Below, piece by piece: positions 9,856 through 19,507 of a DNA stretch of 64,000 nucleotides. The notes beneath the pieces are model-generated. The model saw only the letters and a program-made list of their open reading frames with translations, made no database searches and was not told the DNA's origin. The DNA comes from Alphaproteobacteria bacterium. Lineage in GTDB: Bacteria; Pseudomonadota; Alphaproteobacteria; GCA-2731375. A program made the translations under genes and the position numbers. The first letter of the stretch is position 1; the number at the start of each line of letters is the position of its first letter. The DNA lies in assembly GCA_965232515.1 (NCBI GenBank), contig CBDDPY010000002.1, forward strand, positions 512,001 to 576,000, in the 5' to 3' direction.

Positions 9856-10401
9856 ATGACCGAACAACCGCAACAGGCCATGGTGCCGATCCATGGCCTG
9901 CATCATTTCGCCTATCGCTGCCGCGACGCGGAGGAGACGCGGGCCTTCTACGAGGATCTGCTGGGCCTGCCGCTGGCGCATGTGATCACGGCGGACCATG
10001 TGCCGTCGACCGGCGAGTACTGCCCCTACTGTCATATCTTCTTCCAGATGACGGACGGCTCGTACGTGGCTTTCTTCGACCTCGGCGACGGCACGGCGAC
10101 GGTGCCGGACCCCGAGACGCCGGGCTGGGTCAACCACCTGGCGCTCGAGGTCGACAACGAGGACAAGCTGCTGGCCGCCAAGGCCCGGCTCGAGGCCGCC
10201 GGCGTAGAGGTGCTGGGGCCGACCGACCACCACATCATCAAGTCGATCTACTTCTTCGATCCCAACGGCATCCGCCTGGAGCTGACCTGCCAGACCGTCA
10301 GCGACGCCCACATGGACGACGCCGCCACCCGCGCGCACGCCGACCTCGCCGCCTGGTACGCCAAGCACGGCGCGCCGGCGCGGGCAAGGGGCTCGGGATG
10401 A
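9856..10401 (+). CDS. VOC/glyoxalase family protein
   Basis: GLHHFAYRCRDAEETRAFYEDLLG, NHLALEV, SIYFFDPNGIRLEL; GAGGGAG RBS. Confidence 0.9.
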   Translation: MTEQPQQAMVPIHGLHHFAYRCRDAEETRAFYEDLLGLPLAHVITADHVPSTGEYCPYCHIFFQMTDGSYVAFFDLGDGTATVPDPETPGWVNHLALEVDNEDKLLAAKARLEAAGVEVLGPTDHHIIKSIYFFDPNGIRLELTCQTVSDAHMDDAATRAHADLAAWYAKHGAPARARGSG

Positions 10402-10415
10402 GCATTAGGTTTTGA

Positions 10416-10487
10416 CGGTCATCCTGGCGAAGGCCAGGATCCATTTGCCGAATCAGCCGTGGATGCTGGCCTGCGCCAGCATGACCG
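10416..10487. repeat. Palindromic REP-like doublet, family C
   Basis: CGGTCATCCTGGCGAAGGCCAGGATCCA...TGGATGCTGGCCTGCGCCAGCATGACCG inverted pair between co-directional genes. Confidence 0.8.
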
Positions 10488-10512
10488 AAAGTGATCAACA
10501 GGTGAGGGACAA

Positions 10513-11631
10513 ATGGGGGACCGCCAACTCGCGGTGATCGACGTGCAGCCGGGCTCGGCCATGGAGAGCCAGTCCGGCCTGCAAATGCTGCGCCCGCGCA
10601 TCTACGGCGCCTACGCGCAGCCGGCGGACGCGAAGACCGGCGTCATCGTCATCCATCCCACCAGCAACTTCATGGGCCATTACCTGATCGCGCCGCTGGC
10701 GGCGCGCGGCATCTGCTGCCTCGGCCTGAACACGCGCTATCAGAACAACGACACCATGCTGCTGATGGAGCGCGCGATCCAGGACCTGGGCGCCGGCGTC
10801 AAGTTCCTGCGCGGCCTTGGCTGCGAGCGCGTGCTGCTGGTCGGCAATTCCGGCGGCGCCGCATTGATCTCTTTCTATCAGGCCCAGGCCGAGAACCTGA
10901 CCGTCACGAGCACGCCGGCCGGCGACCCGGTCGATATCGTCGCGTCCGACCTGCCGCCCGCCGACGGCATTATCCTCGCGGCGGCGCATCCCGGCCGCAG
11001 CCGTATCCTCCGCGAATACCTCGACGCGTCCGTGATCGCCGAAGACGATCCCGTCAGCGCCGATCCCGCGCTCGACATCTACAACCCAGAGAACGGCCCG
11101 CGCTTCGCGCCGGATTTTCTCGCCCGGTACACGGGCGCGCAACAGGCGCGCGCCGCCCGGATCGACGCCTGGGTCGAAGGCCGTTTGCGCTTCCTCGCCG
11201 CGCGCCCAGACGGCCCGCGCGACCAGGCCTTCGTCGTCTACCGCACGCTCGCCGACCCGCGCTTCCTGGACTTGAGCCTGGACGCCAACGACCGCCCGCC
11301 CGGCTCGATCTGGGGCCCGCCGCGCGACGTCAACTACGCCGCCAACTCCATGGGCCGCTTCACGACGCTCAAGGCCTACATGAGCCAATGGTCCGCCAAA
11401 TCCCAGGCCGACGGCCCCGACAACCTCGCCAAGACGAACGTGCCGGTCCTGCTGCTCCGCTACACCGCCGACGGCGCCACCTTCCCCAGCCACAACCAGC
11501 TCTGGGCCAACGCCGCCGGCGCCCGCGCCGAGATCCACGACGTCAAACACGCCAACCATTACCTAAAAGATCAGCCGGAACTGGTCGAAGAGGTGGCGGA
11601 CCGAATCGCGGCCTGGGCGGAACGGATTTAG
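10513..11631 (+). CDS. Alpha/beta hydrolase family protein
   Basis: LVGNSGGA nucleophile motif, YTADGA Asp, HANHY His. Confidence 0.85.
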   Translation: MGDRQLAVIDVQPGSAMESQSGLQMLRPRIYGAYAQPADAKTGVIVIHPTSNFMGHYLIAPLAARGICCLGLNTRYQNNDTMLLMERAIQDLGAGVKFLRGLGCERVLLVGNSGGAALISFYQAQAENLTVTSTPAGDPVDIVASDLPPADGIILAAAHPGRSRILREYLDASVIAEDDPVSADPALDIYNPENGPRFAPDFLARYTGAQQARAARIDAWVEGRLRFLAARPDGPRDQAFVVYRTLADPRFLDLSLDANDRPPGSIWGPPRDVNYAANSMGRFTTLKAYMSQWSAKSQADGPDNLAKTNVPVLLLRYTADGATFPSHNQLWANAAGARAEIHDVKHANHYLKDQPELVEEVADRIAAWAERI

Positions 11632-11646
11632 GCGGTGCCTCCGTAT

Positions 11647-11772
11647 GCCCTCACCCCAACCCTCTCCCGCAAGCGGGAGAGGGAGCCGGCACCGCCGCGT
11701 TTTGTAAGCCCTCTCCCGCGTGCGGGAGAGGGAGGGACCCGCGCGACGCCAGTCGCGTGGGAGGGTGAGGGC
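11647..11772. repeat. Palindromic intergenic element, family A, copy 2
   Basis: Same architecture as 7069-7193; lies between convergent genes. Confidence 0.92.
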
Positions 11773-11809
11773 TGCGGCTGACTAAGCAACTACAGAACTT
11801 GATCTATCG

Positions 11810-12373
11810 TTACTCCGCCGCCTGCAGCGCCAGCATCTCCTGCACCGCGCCGTCTTCCATCTCGATCTGCAAAGCGTCGTTGAAGCGGTTGAAAAATCCA
11901 CAGAGCGCCGTCCGCAGCGTCAGTTCGACGATCTGCGCCTCGCTGAAATATTCGCGCATGCGCTCGAACATGGCATCCCGCATGCGCCCGGCGTTCTGGT
12001 CCACCTGCACCGCGTAATCGCGTACCAGCCGGTCGACCGCGTCCAGGCCCGGACAGTCGTCCGCCAGGATGTTCTCGACCGTTTCCAGCGGCAGGCCCTG
12101 GTCGACCAGCCGCGGCGTGTGGTGGGCGACGCAATACTCGCATTCGTTCAGTTTCGAGACCACGACGAGGCAGATCTCCAGATAGCGCTTGTCGACAACG
12201 GGATCGTCGGCGTTCTCCAGCAGCATGGCCATCAGGTGCCGCACCGCCGGCGGCCGGTGCGCAAAGACCTTCACCTGGTTCAGAAAAGGCCCATATTCCT
12301 CGCTGAAGCGTTGGTAGATCGGCCGGACGTCCTCCGGCACCTCATCGATCTCGATATCCCTGACGCGCGCCAT
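11810..12373 (-). CDS. Carboxymuconolactone decarboxylase / AhpD-like peroxidase-related protein
   Basis: EICLVVVSKLNECEYCVAHH CxxC motif; FFNRFNDAL. Confidence 0.88.
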   Translation of the reverse strand: MARVRDIEIDEVPEDVRPIYQRFSEEYGPFLNQVKVFAHRPPAVRHLMAMLLENADDPVVDKRYLEICLVVVSKLNECEYCVAHHTPRLVDQGLPLETVENILADDCPGLDAVDRLVRDYAVQVDQNAGRMRDAMFERMREYFSEAQIVELTLRTALCGFFNRFNDALQIEMEDGAVQEMLALQAAE

Positions 12374-12523
12374 GTCGGTCTCCTGATTTGGGACCGGTTG
12401 TCAACCGGTTCTGGACAGCAGGGCGGCATTGTGGACCATAACGGCCGGCTGCCGCCAGCATCCGGCATCACACCTTCGTGGGCGGTTTGCGCTTGGCAAT
12501 CGGCCACGTTAAAAGCAGGGACC

Positions 12524-13021
12524 ATGAAGATTTTCCGTTTCCTGGGTTTCGTCACCGCCGCCGTCGCATGGGCCCATCCGGCGGCGGCCTTGTGTTCCGA
12601 TCCGCCGCAGCCCGGCGTCGACTGGCGGCGCTGCGTGCTGACCGAGCGCGATTTCTCCAACCGCGAGATGGCGGAGTCGCGGCTGCGCGACGGCCGCTTC
12701 ACGCGCTCCGACTTCACCGGCACGGACTTCACCGGTTCCGACATGCGCGGGGCAAAGTTCCTGACCTCGGTGCTGAAGGATGCGATCCTGGAGAAGACCC
12801 GGTTGAGCCGGGCCGACTTCACCAACGCCGATCTCACCGGCGCCAACCTCCGCGAGGCCGATCTGAACCGGGCCAAGTTCGACGGCGCCAATCTGCGCGG
12901 CGCGAACCTGACCGGTGCCTCGATCCGCGGCACCGACCTGTTCGGCGCCGACCTCTCGGGCGCCACCTGGATCGACGGCGCGCTGGTCTGCGCCGAGGGT
13001 TCCGTCGGCCAGTGCCGCTGA
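12524..13021 (+). CDS. Exported pentapeptide repeat protein
   Basis: Signal peptide MKIFRFLGFVTAAVAWAHPAAA, A(D/N)LxG pentapeptide repeats, terminal Cys pairs (CSDPPQPGVDWRRC; CAEGSVGQC). Confidence 0.88.
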   Translation: MKIFRFLGFVTAAVAWAHPAAALCSDPPQPGVDWRRCVLTERDFSNREMAESRLRDGRFTRSDFTGTDFTGSDMRGAKFLTSVLKDAILEKTRLSRADFTNADLTGANLREADLNRAKFDGANLRGANLTGASIRGTDLFGADLSGATWIDGALVCAEGSVGQCR

Positions 13022-13519
13022 TCAGCAGTCGGCGGGGCCGATCCGATATATGAAGTAAGACCAGTCCGCGTCGGCGGGCAGGGAAACGGCCCGCGCCGAA
13101 GTCAGTGGCAGCTCGCGGTCCGCCAGCACCACGGCGTTGATCCGCAATAGCGGCGGGAGCACGTCGGCCAGTAGCGCCGCCGTGGGCTTGTCTTTGTCCG
13201 CCTCGGATGTGCCGAAATCGGCGTGCGCCAGCACAGCGGTTTGGCCCAACTGCCGGGCGGCCGCCGGCAGCGTCTCGGCGAATTCGCCGACGAACATGTG
13301 CGCCGCGTCCGGTACCGTGTCGGCGGGCGCGTGCAGCTCGCGGTCGAAGGCGAAGATCTCGCGCTCCGGTAAGATCTCGCGCAAGAAGTCGTAGGTCCGA
13401 CCTTTGCCCAGGCCGATCTCCAGCACGATGCCCGGCGCACCGCCAATCAGCTTGGCGGCGGCCGTCAGGCAGGCCCGCTGCGTCTGCAGGCGGGCGATCA
13501 TGCGGTCGAGACGGTTCAT
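13022..13519 (-). CDS. Small class I SAM-dependent methyltransferase-like protein (Methyltransf_17-like)
   Basis: MNRLDRMIARL, VLEIGLGKGRTYDFLRE, IFAFDR, LAHADFG. Confidence 0.8.
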   Translation of the reverse strand: MNRLDRMIARLQTQRACLTAAAKLIGGAPGIVLEIGLGKGRTYDFLREILPEREIFAFDRELHAPADTVPDAAHMFVGEFAETLPAAARQLGQTAVLAHADFGTSEADKDKPTAALLADVLPPLLRINAVVLADRELPLTSARAVSLPADADWSYFIYRIGPADC

Positions 13520-13528
13520 ACCCTCCGG

Positions 13529-14548
13529 TCAGTCTGCCTCGAACGCGGCGTGATAGGCGTCGAGCGCCGGCGCGCCGCCGAGATGCACGTAGAGCACCTT
13601 CGAGCCCGGCTCGAACGCGCCCTGTTGCGCGAGGCCGATCAGCCCGGCCATGGATTTTCCTTCGTAGACCGGGTCCGTCAGCATGCCCTCGAGCCGCGCC
13701 GTGGTGCGGATCGCGGCGACGGTCAGGTCGTCCGGCACGCCGTAGGCTGGGCCGGCATAGTGCGGATCGACGATGATCTCGTCGTCCCGGACCTCGCGTT
13801 TGAGCCCGACCGTGTCGGCCGTGGCGCGCGCGATCCTGGCCACGGCGCTCCAGGTTTCGTCTGGCGCGGCCGAGGTGTCGATGCCGATCAGTCGTCGCGG
13901 ACGGTCCTGGCCGGCGAAGCCGACCACCATGCCGGCCTGGGTCGAGCCGGTGCAGGTCGCTACGACGACCGTGTCGAAAAACACCCCTAGTTCGTCCTCC
14001 TGCCGCGCCAGTTCGTCGGCGAATTCCGCATAGCCGAGGCCGCCCAGCGGATGGTCGGACGCGCCGGCCGGGATGGCGTAGGGCGTGCCGCCCGTCCGGC
14101 GCACCGCCTCCAGCGCCTCGCGCCAGGTCTGTTTTTCGGCGATGGTGAAGCCTTCGCCCTCCAGCACCGCCTCCGCGCCCATGAGGCGCGACAGCAGGAT
14201 GTTGCCGACCTTATCGTAGACCGGGTCGTCCCAGGGCGCCCAGGTCTCCTGCACCAGCCGACACTTCAGGCCCATGGCGGCGGCGACCGCCGCGACCTGC
14301 CGGGTATGGTTCGACTGCACGCCGCCGATCGAGACGAGCGTGTCGCAGCCCTTGGCGATGGCGTCCGGCACCAGCCATTCCAGCTTGCGCACCTTGTTGC
14401 CGCCATAGGCGAGCCCCGACGAGACGTCGTCGCGTTTCGCCCAGACCTCGATGCCGAGCTGCTTCGACAATCGCGGCAGGGGATGCACGGGCGAGGGGAA
14501 GAACGCCAGTTGTTGCCGCGGGAAGCGGTCTTGCAGATTGAGGGCCAT
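13529..14548 (-). CDS. acdS: 1-aminocyclopropane-1-carboxylate deaminase
   Basis: AKRDDVSSGLAYGGNKVRKLEW, LVSIGGVQSNHTRQVAA, TDPVYEGKSM (diagnostic Glu), HLGGAPAL (diagnostic Leu); divergent Lrp gene; start trimmed to 14548. Confidence 0.9.
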   Translation of the reverse strand: MALNLQDRFPRQQLAFFPSPVHPLPRLSKQLGIEVWAKRDDVSSGLAYGGNKVRKLEWLVPDAIAKGCDTLVSIGGVQSNHTRQVAAVAAAMGLKCRLVQETWAPWDDPVYDKVGNILLSRLMGAEAVLEGEGFTIAEKQTWREALEAVRRTGGTPYAIPAGASDHPLGGLGYAEFADELARQEDELGVFFDTVVVATCTGSTQAGMVVGFAGQDRPRRLIGIDTSAAPDETWSAVARIARATADTVGLKREVRDDEIIVDPHYAGPAYGVPDDLTVAAIRTTARLEGMLTDPVYEGKSMAGLIGLAQQGAFEPGSKVLYVHLGGAPALDAYHAAFEAD

Positions 14549-14652
14549 GGTGCGGTCTCCAGATGTCGGTTTGGATGACCCGAGCCTACGGCATTCGCCT
14601 TCGAAGGTGTTTTCGAAGTCACGCATCATCTTAAAACACAAGGCTAGATCAA

Positions 14653-14666
14653 TTGACTTCGATCAA
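14653..14666. promoter_or_regulatory. FNR/FixK-like box in the acdS-acdR intergenic region
   Basis: TTGAC-TTCG-ATCAA, 9/10 match to TTGAT-N4-ATCAA. Confidence 0.6.
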
Positions 14667-14707
14667 ATATTCTCCGCTGAAATTCAGAAATCTTCGAAGA
14701 ATCTTTC

Positions 14708-15172
14708 ATGCCGGATGCTCTTGACCGCATCGACCGCAAGATCCTGCGCGAGCTGCAGGCCGACGCGCGGCTCGCCAACGCCGAACTGGCCCGCCGCGTC
14801 GCGCTCAGCGCGGCCGCCTGTCACCGCCGCGTGCAGCGCCTGTTCGACGACGGCTTCATCAGCCGTACCACCGCCATCGTGGCGCCCGAGAAGATCGACC
14901 GCGGCACGCTGGTGCTGGTCGGCGTGGTGCTCGACCGCTCGACCAGCGACAGTTTCGCGGCTTTCGAGGAAGCGGCCGCGGCCTTGCCCTTCGTGCTCGA
15001 CTGTCATCTGGTCGCGGGCGATTTCGACTATTTCCTGAAGATCCGCGTCAAGGACATCGACGGCTTTAAGCGCCTGCACGGCGAGCAGCTCATCGACCTG
15101 CCGGGCGTGCGCCAGACCCGCACCTTTTTCGTCATGAAGCAGGTCAAGGACTCCGGCCCGCTCGATTTCTGA
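14708..15172 (+). CDS. acdR: Lrp/AsnC family regulator (AcdR)
   Basis: LDRIDRKILRELQADARLANAELA HTH; CHLVAGDFDYFLKIRV; divergent from acdS. Confidence 0.88.
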   Translation: MPDALDRIDRKILRELQADARLANAELARRVALSAAACHRRVQRLFDDGFISRTTAIVAPEKIDRGTLVLVGVVLDRSTSDSFAAFEEAAAALPFVLDCHLVAGDFDYFLKIRVKDIDGFKRLHGEQLIDLPGVRQTRTFFVMKQVKDSGPLDF

Positions 15173-15271
15173 CATCGTCCGCCGCTATGATCATGAGGCG
15201 ATGTCGGAACGATCGGTTCCGCCACTCGTATATGGCCGGGGGGCCGCGCGCTTGAGCAGGGAGGGAATGCC

Positions 15272-16126
15272 ATGGCGCACGGACTGAAACTTCTCGTCGC
15301 CGCGTTGCTGGCCGTACTGATCGCGGGGTCGGCAACGGCGCAGGAAGCCAAGCGGTCGATTACCAAGATCGCCGGCGAGGTCTACCGTTTCCAGAACAAC
15401 TTCCACTACTCGGTCTTCGCGGTGACGCCCGACGGCATCATCGCCACCGACCCGATCAACGCCGAGGCCGCGGCCTGGTTGAAGGCCGAGCTGAAATCCC
15501 GCTTCGACCAGCCGGTCCGCTATCTGATCTACAGCCACGACCACCGCGATCACATCGCCGGCGGCGAGGTCTTTGCCGACACCGCGACCGTGATCGCGCA
15601 CGAGAAGGCGAAGGAGAAGATCATCGGCGAGAAGCGCCCGACGGCGGTGCCGGACATCACCTTCACCGACGACATGACCGTCGAGCTCGGTGGCACGGTG
15701 GTCGAGCTGTCATATGTCGGCCGCAATCACTCGGACAATTCCATCGTCATGCGTTTCCCGGCCGAGAGCATCCTGTTCGCGGTCGATTTCATTCCGGTCG
15801 GCTCGATCGCCTTCCGCAACTTCCCCGACGCCTATCTCGAGGACTGGATCGAGTCGCTGGAGCGCGTCGAGCGCATGGACTTCGACATCCTGGCGCCCGG
15901 CCACGGCCCGCTCGGCGACAAGGGCAGCGTCGTCGCCTATCGCGGCTACATGGAGAACTTGCGCGAGCGGGTGCTGGCGCGCGCCCGCGAGGGCAAGTCG
16001 CTCGCCGAGATCAAGCAGGCCGTGAAGATGGAAGAGTACAAGGACTGGTTCGGTTACGACCGCTGGTTCGAGCTCAACGTCGAAGGCATGTACCGCATGG
16101 TCCAGGCGAACCGGCGAGGGAACTGA
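15272..16126 (+). CDS. Exported MBL-fold metallo-hydrolase (cyclase-like)
   Basis: Signal peptide; SHDHRDHIAG (HxHxDH), GRNHSDN, FAVDF, PGHG. Confidence 0.88.
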   Translation: MAHGLKLLVAALLAVLIAGSATAQEAKRSITKIAGEVYRFQNNFHYSVFAVTPDGIIATDPINAEAAAWLKAELKSRFDQPVRYLIYSHDHRDHIAGGEVFADTATVIAHEKAKEKIIGEKRPTAVPDITFTDDMTVELGGTVVELSYVGRNHSDNSIVMRFPAESILFAVDFIPVGSIAFRNFPDAYLEDWIESLERVERMDFDILAPGHGPLGDKGSVVAYRGYMENLRERVLARAREGKSLAEIKQAVKMEEYKDWFGYDRWFELNVEGMYRMVQANRRGN

Positions 16127-16159
16127 TTGTAGGCTTTATTCTCAGGGCTACAGCTGTTT

Positions 16160-16285
16160 GCCCTCACCCCAACCCTCTCCCGCAAGCGGGAGAGGGGGCC
16201 GCGAACGCTGCGGTTTGTAACCCCTCTCCCGCTTGCGGGAGAGGGAGGGACCCACGCGACGGCAGTCGCGTGGGCGGGTGAGGGC
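16160..16285. repeat. Palindromic intergenic element, family A, copy 3
   Basis: Same architecture as 7069-7193; lies between convergent genes. Confidence 0.92.
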
Positions 16286-16294
16286 GAGCTACGG

Positions 16295-17734
16295 CTACCC
16301 CGCCCAAACCGGCGGCCGGCGATCGATCCACGGCCGCGCCTGTTCCAACTGCGCCGCCAGCCGCAGCAGCAGGCCGTCCTCGCCGAAGCGGCCGCCGAAA
16401 TGCACGCCGACCGGCAGGCCGTCGTCGCTCCAGTGCAGTGGGATCGACATGGCCGGACCGCCGGTCTCGTTGGCGAGCGGCGTGAACGGGATCTCGTCCA
16501 TCAGCTGCCGCTCGTAATAGTCCTCGAGGTCGGGGTTGGTCATGTCCATGGCGCCGAGCGGGATCGGCGGCTTCGCCATGGTCGTCGACAGCAGCAGATC
16601 GTAGCTTTCGAGGAAGGCCGCGAACTGTCGGCCAATGGCGTGCATGGTCTGCACGGCGCGCACATACTCGGTGCCGCTGCGCGCCTTGCCCTCGTTCGCC
16701 AGCGCCCAGGTCACCGCCTCGACGTCGTCCGCGTTCGGCTCGCGCCCCAGCGCCGCGCCGCGCAGCGCCAGCGTGTTCCACAGCCCCACGCCGATGATCA
16801 CGCGCCAGCAGTGCCGGATCGCGGCCACGTCCAGATCCGGCATTGCCGGCTCGACCGCGTGGCCCAGCTCGGCGCACAGCTTGGCGGTCGCTTCCGTCGC
16901 CTTCACGCATTCCGGATCGATGGCCGAGCCGTCGAGCGCCGTCGTGACATAGGCGATGCGCAGCCGGCCGGGATCGCGGCCGACCTCCTCGAGGAACGGC
17001 CGCTCCGGCGGCGGCGGCATATATGGCGCGCCCGCCTCGGGGCCTTGTGTGGCGTCCAGCAGCGCCGCCGTGTCGCGCACCGTGCGCGAGACGCAATGGC
17101 CGACCGACAGGCCGGCATTGCCCTCGCCCTGGTCGGGGCCGGCCGGATTGCGGCCGCGCGTCGGCTTCAGGCCGAACAGGCCGCACTGCGCCGCCGGAAT
17201 GCGGATCGAGCCGCCGCCGTCCGTCGCGTGCGCCATCGGCAGGACGCCCGCCGCCACGGCCGCCGCCGCGCCGCCGCTGGAACCGCCCGAGCTGCGTTCC
17301 AGGTTCCAGGGATTGCGCGTCGGTCCGTGCAGCTGCGGCTCGGTGGTGCCGGCGGCGCCGAACTCGGGCGTGTTGGTCTTGCCCATGATCACCAGGCCCG
17401 CGGCCTTCAGGCGCGTCGTGATGGTGCTGTCATGGTCGGGTACGAAATCGGCGAACATGTGGCTGCCCGCCGTCGTCGGCACGCCCTTGTAGAAGTAGCC
17501 GAGGTCTTTCAGCATGTAGGGCACGCCCCTGAACGGCCCGTCCGGCAGGCCGGCGGCGATCGCCGCGCGGGCCTCGTCGTACATCGTTTGTACGACCGCA
17601 TTGATCTGCGGATTGACCGCCTCGGTCCGTTCGATCGCCGCTTCCAGCACCTCCTCGGCGTTGGTCTCGCCGTCCCGGATCAGCTTCGCCAGCCCGACCG
17701 CATCATGCTTCGCGTATTCCGCAAATCCCGCCAT
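16295..17734 (-). CDS. Amidase (amidase signature family)
   Basis: GVPYMLKDL, GKTNTPEFG, SSGGSSGGAAAAVA, DGGGSIRIPA; GGAGGA RBS before MAGFAEY. Confidence 0.93.
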   Translation of the reverse strand: MAGFAEYAKHDAVGLAKLIRDGETNAEEVLEAAIERTEAVNPQINAVVQTMYDEARAAIAAGLPDGPFRGVPYMLKDLGYFYKGVPTTAGSHMFADFVPDHDSTITTRLKAAGLVIMGKTNTPEFGAAGTTEPQLHGPTRNPWNLERSSGGSSGGAAAAVAAGVLPMAHATDGGGSIRIPAAQCGLFGLKPTRGRNPAGPDQGEGNAGLSVGHCVSRTVRDTAALLDATQGPEAGAPYMPPPPERPFLEEVGRDPGRLRIAYVTTALDGSAIDPECVKATEATAKLCAELGHAVEPAMPDLDVAAIRHCWRVIIGVGLWNTLALRGAALGREPNADDVEAVTWALANEGKARSGTEYVRAVQTMHAIGRQFAAFLESYDLLLSTTMAKPPIPLGAMDMTNPDLEDYYERQLMDEIPFTPLANETGGPAMSIPLHWSDDGLPVGVHFGGRFGEDGLLLRLAAQLEQARPWIDRRPPVWAG

Positions 17735-17917
17735 GTCCATTTCCTCCTGTTCTTGCGTTTTTGATTTTGACACGATCCGGGACACGCGGCCTAGCGTGTC
17801 GCGCGAATTGTTCGCCACAATTTACTTGCCGCCACCGGGCTTGGTTCAATTAACGGCAATGACGAGCCGATGTGGCCTACATCGCCGGCCCGCGGTTGAA
17901 CGCCTCGCCGGCCGGCT

Positions 17918-19507
17918 TCACCCGGCCGCCTTGATCATGTCGGCGGCTTTTTCGGCGATCATGATGGTTGGCGCGTTGGTGTTGCCCGAGGTGACGGTGG
18001 GCATGATCGAGGCGTCGACGACGCGCAGGCCCGCGAGCCCGTGCACGCGTAGCTCGCTATCGACCACGGCCTGATCGTCGCTGCCCATCTTGCAGGTGCC
18101 GACGGGGTGATAGACCGTGGCGCCGGTCTGCCGCGCGTGCTCGAGCAGCGCGTCGTCCGTATCGATATCCGCGCCCGGCTTGATCTCCGCGCCGCGATAG
18201 GCGTCCAGCGCCGAGGCCTGCATCAGCTGCCGGCCGATGCGCATGCCGGCGACGATGGTGTCACGGTCGAGCTGCGTCGAGAGAAAGTTCGGCCGCACCG
18301 CCGGGGCTGCCAGCGGGTCGGCGCTCTCGATGTGGATGCTGCCCCGGCTTTCGGGCCTCAGCTGGCAGGGCGCGCAGCTGATGCCGGGGAACTTGTCGAG
18401 AATGCGCTTCTGCGGATCGGCGAAGCTCGCCGGCATGATGTGATACTGCACATCAGGCGTTTCCAGCTCCGGCCGCGTACGCACGAAGGCGAACACCGTC
18501 GCCGCGCCCATGGTCAGAAAGCCCTCGCGCCGGAAGGCGTAGCGCAGCACTTCGCCGACCAACGGCAAACCGCGCGAGCGTTCGTTGTAGGTGCCGGGCC
18601 GGGTGCCGCGCCACGACATGCGCACGACGTAGTGGTCCTGCAGGTTCTCGCCGACGCCCGGCAGTGCGTGACGGACCTCGATGCCGAGGTCGCGCAGCCG
18701 CGCCGGCTGGCCGATGCCCGACAGCTCCAGCAGTTGCGGCGAATTCACGCTGCCGCCCGAGAGGATCACCTCGCGTGCCGCCGTCGCCTGGCGTTCCTCG
18801 CCGCCGACGCGATAGGCGATGCCGGTCGCGCGTGTGCCGTCGAACAGGATCGCCGTCGCCTGCGCGTGCGTCTCGACATGCAGGTTCGGCCGCTTCAGCG
18901 CCGGATTCAAAAAACTCACGGCGGCGCTCGCCCGCCGGCCGTTGCGCACGGTCAGCTGGTAGTAGCCGACGCCCTCCTGGTCGGCGCCGTTGTAGTCGGC
19001 GTTGCGCGGCAGGCCGATCTCCTCGCCGGCCGCAACCACCGCGTCGCTGATCGGCAGCGCCTCGGTCTGGTCCGTCACGCTCAAGGGCCCGCCCGCGCCG
19101 TGATAATCGTCGGCGCCGGTCTCGCGGTTCTCCGACTTGCGGAAATACGGCAGTACGTCGTCGTACGACCAGCCGCGGTTGCCGAGCTGGGCCCAGCCGT
19201 CGTAGTCGCGCGCCTGTCCGCGCACATAGAGCAGGCCGTTGATCGAGCTGGAGCCGCCCAGCACCTTGCCGCGCGGCATCGGGATGCGCCGGTTGCCGGT
19301 CGCGGCTTCCGGCGTCATCTCGTAGCTCCAGTTGAAGCGCGGATCGCCGACCACCTTGCCGAAGCCGATCGGCACGTGCAGCCAGGGATTGCGGTCCTTG
19401 CCGCCTGCCTCCAGCAGCAACACCTTCACCTCCGGCCGCTCGCTCAGCCGGTTCGCCAAGACGCAGCCGGCCGAGCCGGCCCCGACGATGATGTAATCGT
19501 AGCTCAT
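17918..19507 (-). CDS. GMC family oxidoreductase (choline dehydrogenase-like)
   Basis: [67 protein letters not shown]; start trimmed to 19507. Confidence 0.93.
   Translation of the reverse strand: MSYDYIIVGAGSAGCVLANRLSERPEVKVLLLEAGGKDRNPWLHVPIGFGKVVGDPRFNWSYEMTPEAATGNRRIPMPRGKVLGGSSSINGLLYVRGQARDYDGWAQLGNRGWSYDDVLPYFRKSENRETGADDYHGAGGPLSVTDQTEALPISDAVVAAGEEIGLPRNADYNGADQEGVGYYQLTVRNGRRASAAVSFLNPALKRPNLHVETHAQATAILFDGTRATGIAYRVGGEERQATAAREVILSGGSVNSPQLLELSGIGQPARLRDLGIEVRHALPGVGENLQDHYVVRMSWRGTRPGTYNERSRGLPLVGEVLRYAFRREGFLTMGAATVFAFVRTRPELETPDVQYHIMPASFADPQKRILDKFPGISCAPCQLRPESRGSIHIESADPLAAPAVRPNFLSTQLDRDTIVAGMRIGRQLMQASALDAYRGAEIKPGADIDTDDALLEHARQTGATVYHPVGTCKMGSDDQAVVDSELRVHGLAGLRVVDASIMPTVTSGNTNAPTIMIAEKAADMIKAAG

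Noticed and set aside
12690-12970. 15-bp periodic DNA repeats
   Set aside because: Explained by the pentapeptide repeat protein
13529-14548. D-cysteine desulfhydrase call
   Set aside because: ACC-deaminase diagnostic Glu and Leu are present, along with a divergent Lrp gene
7069-16285. Repeated palindromes as a CRISPR array or IS ends
   Set aside because: Copies are kilobases apart, with no repeat-spacer periodicity and no cas or transposase gene
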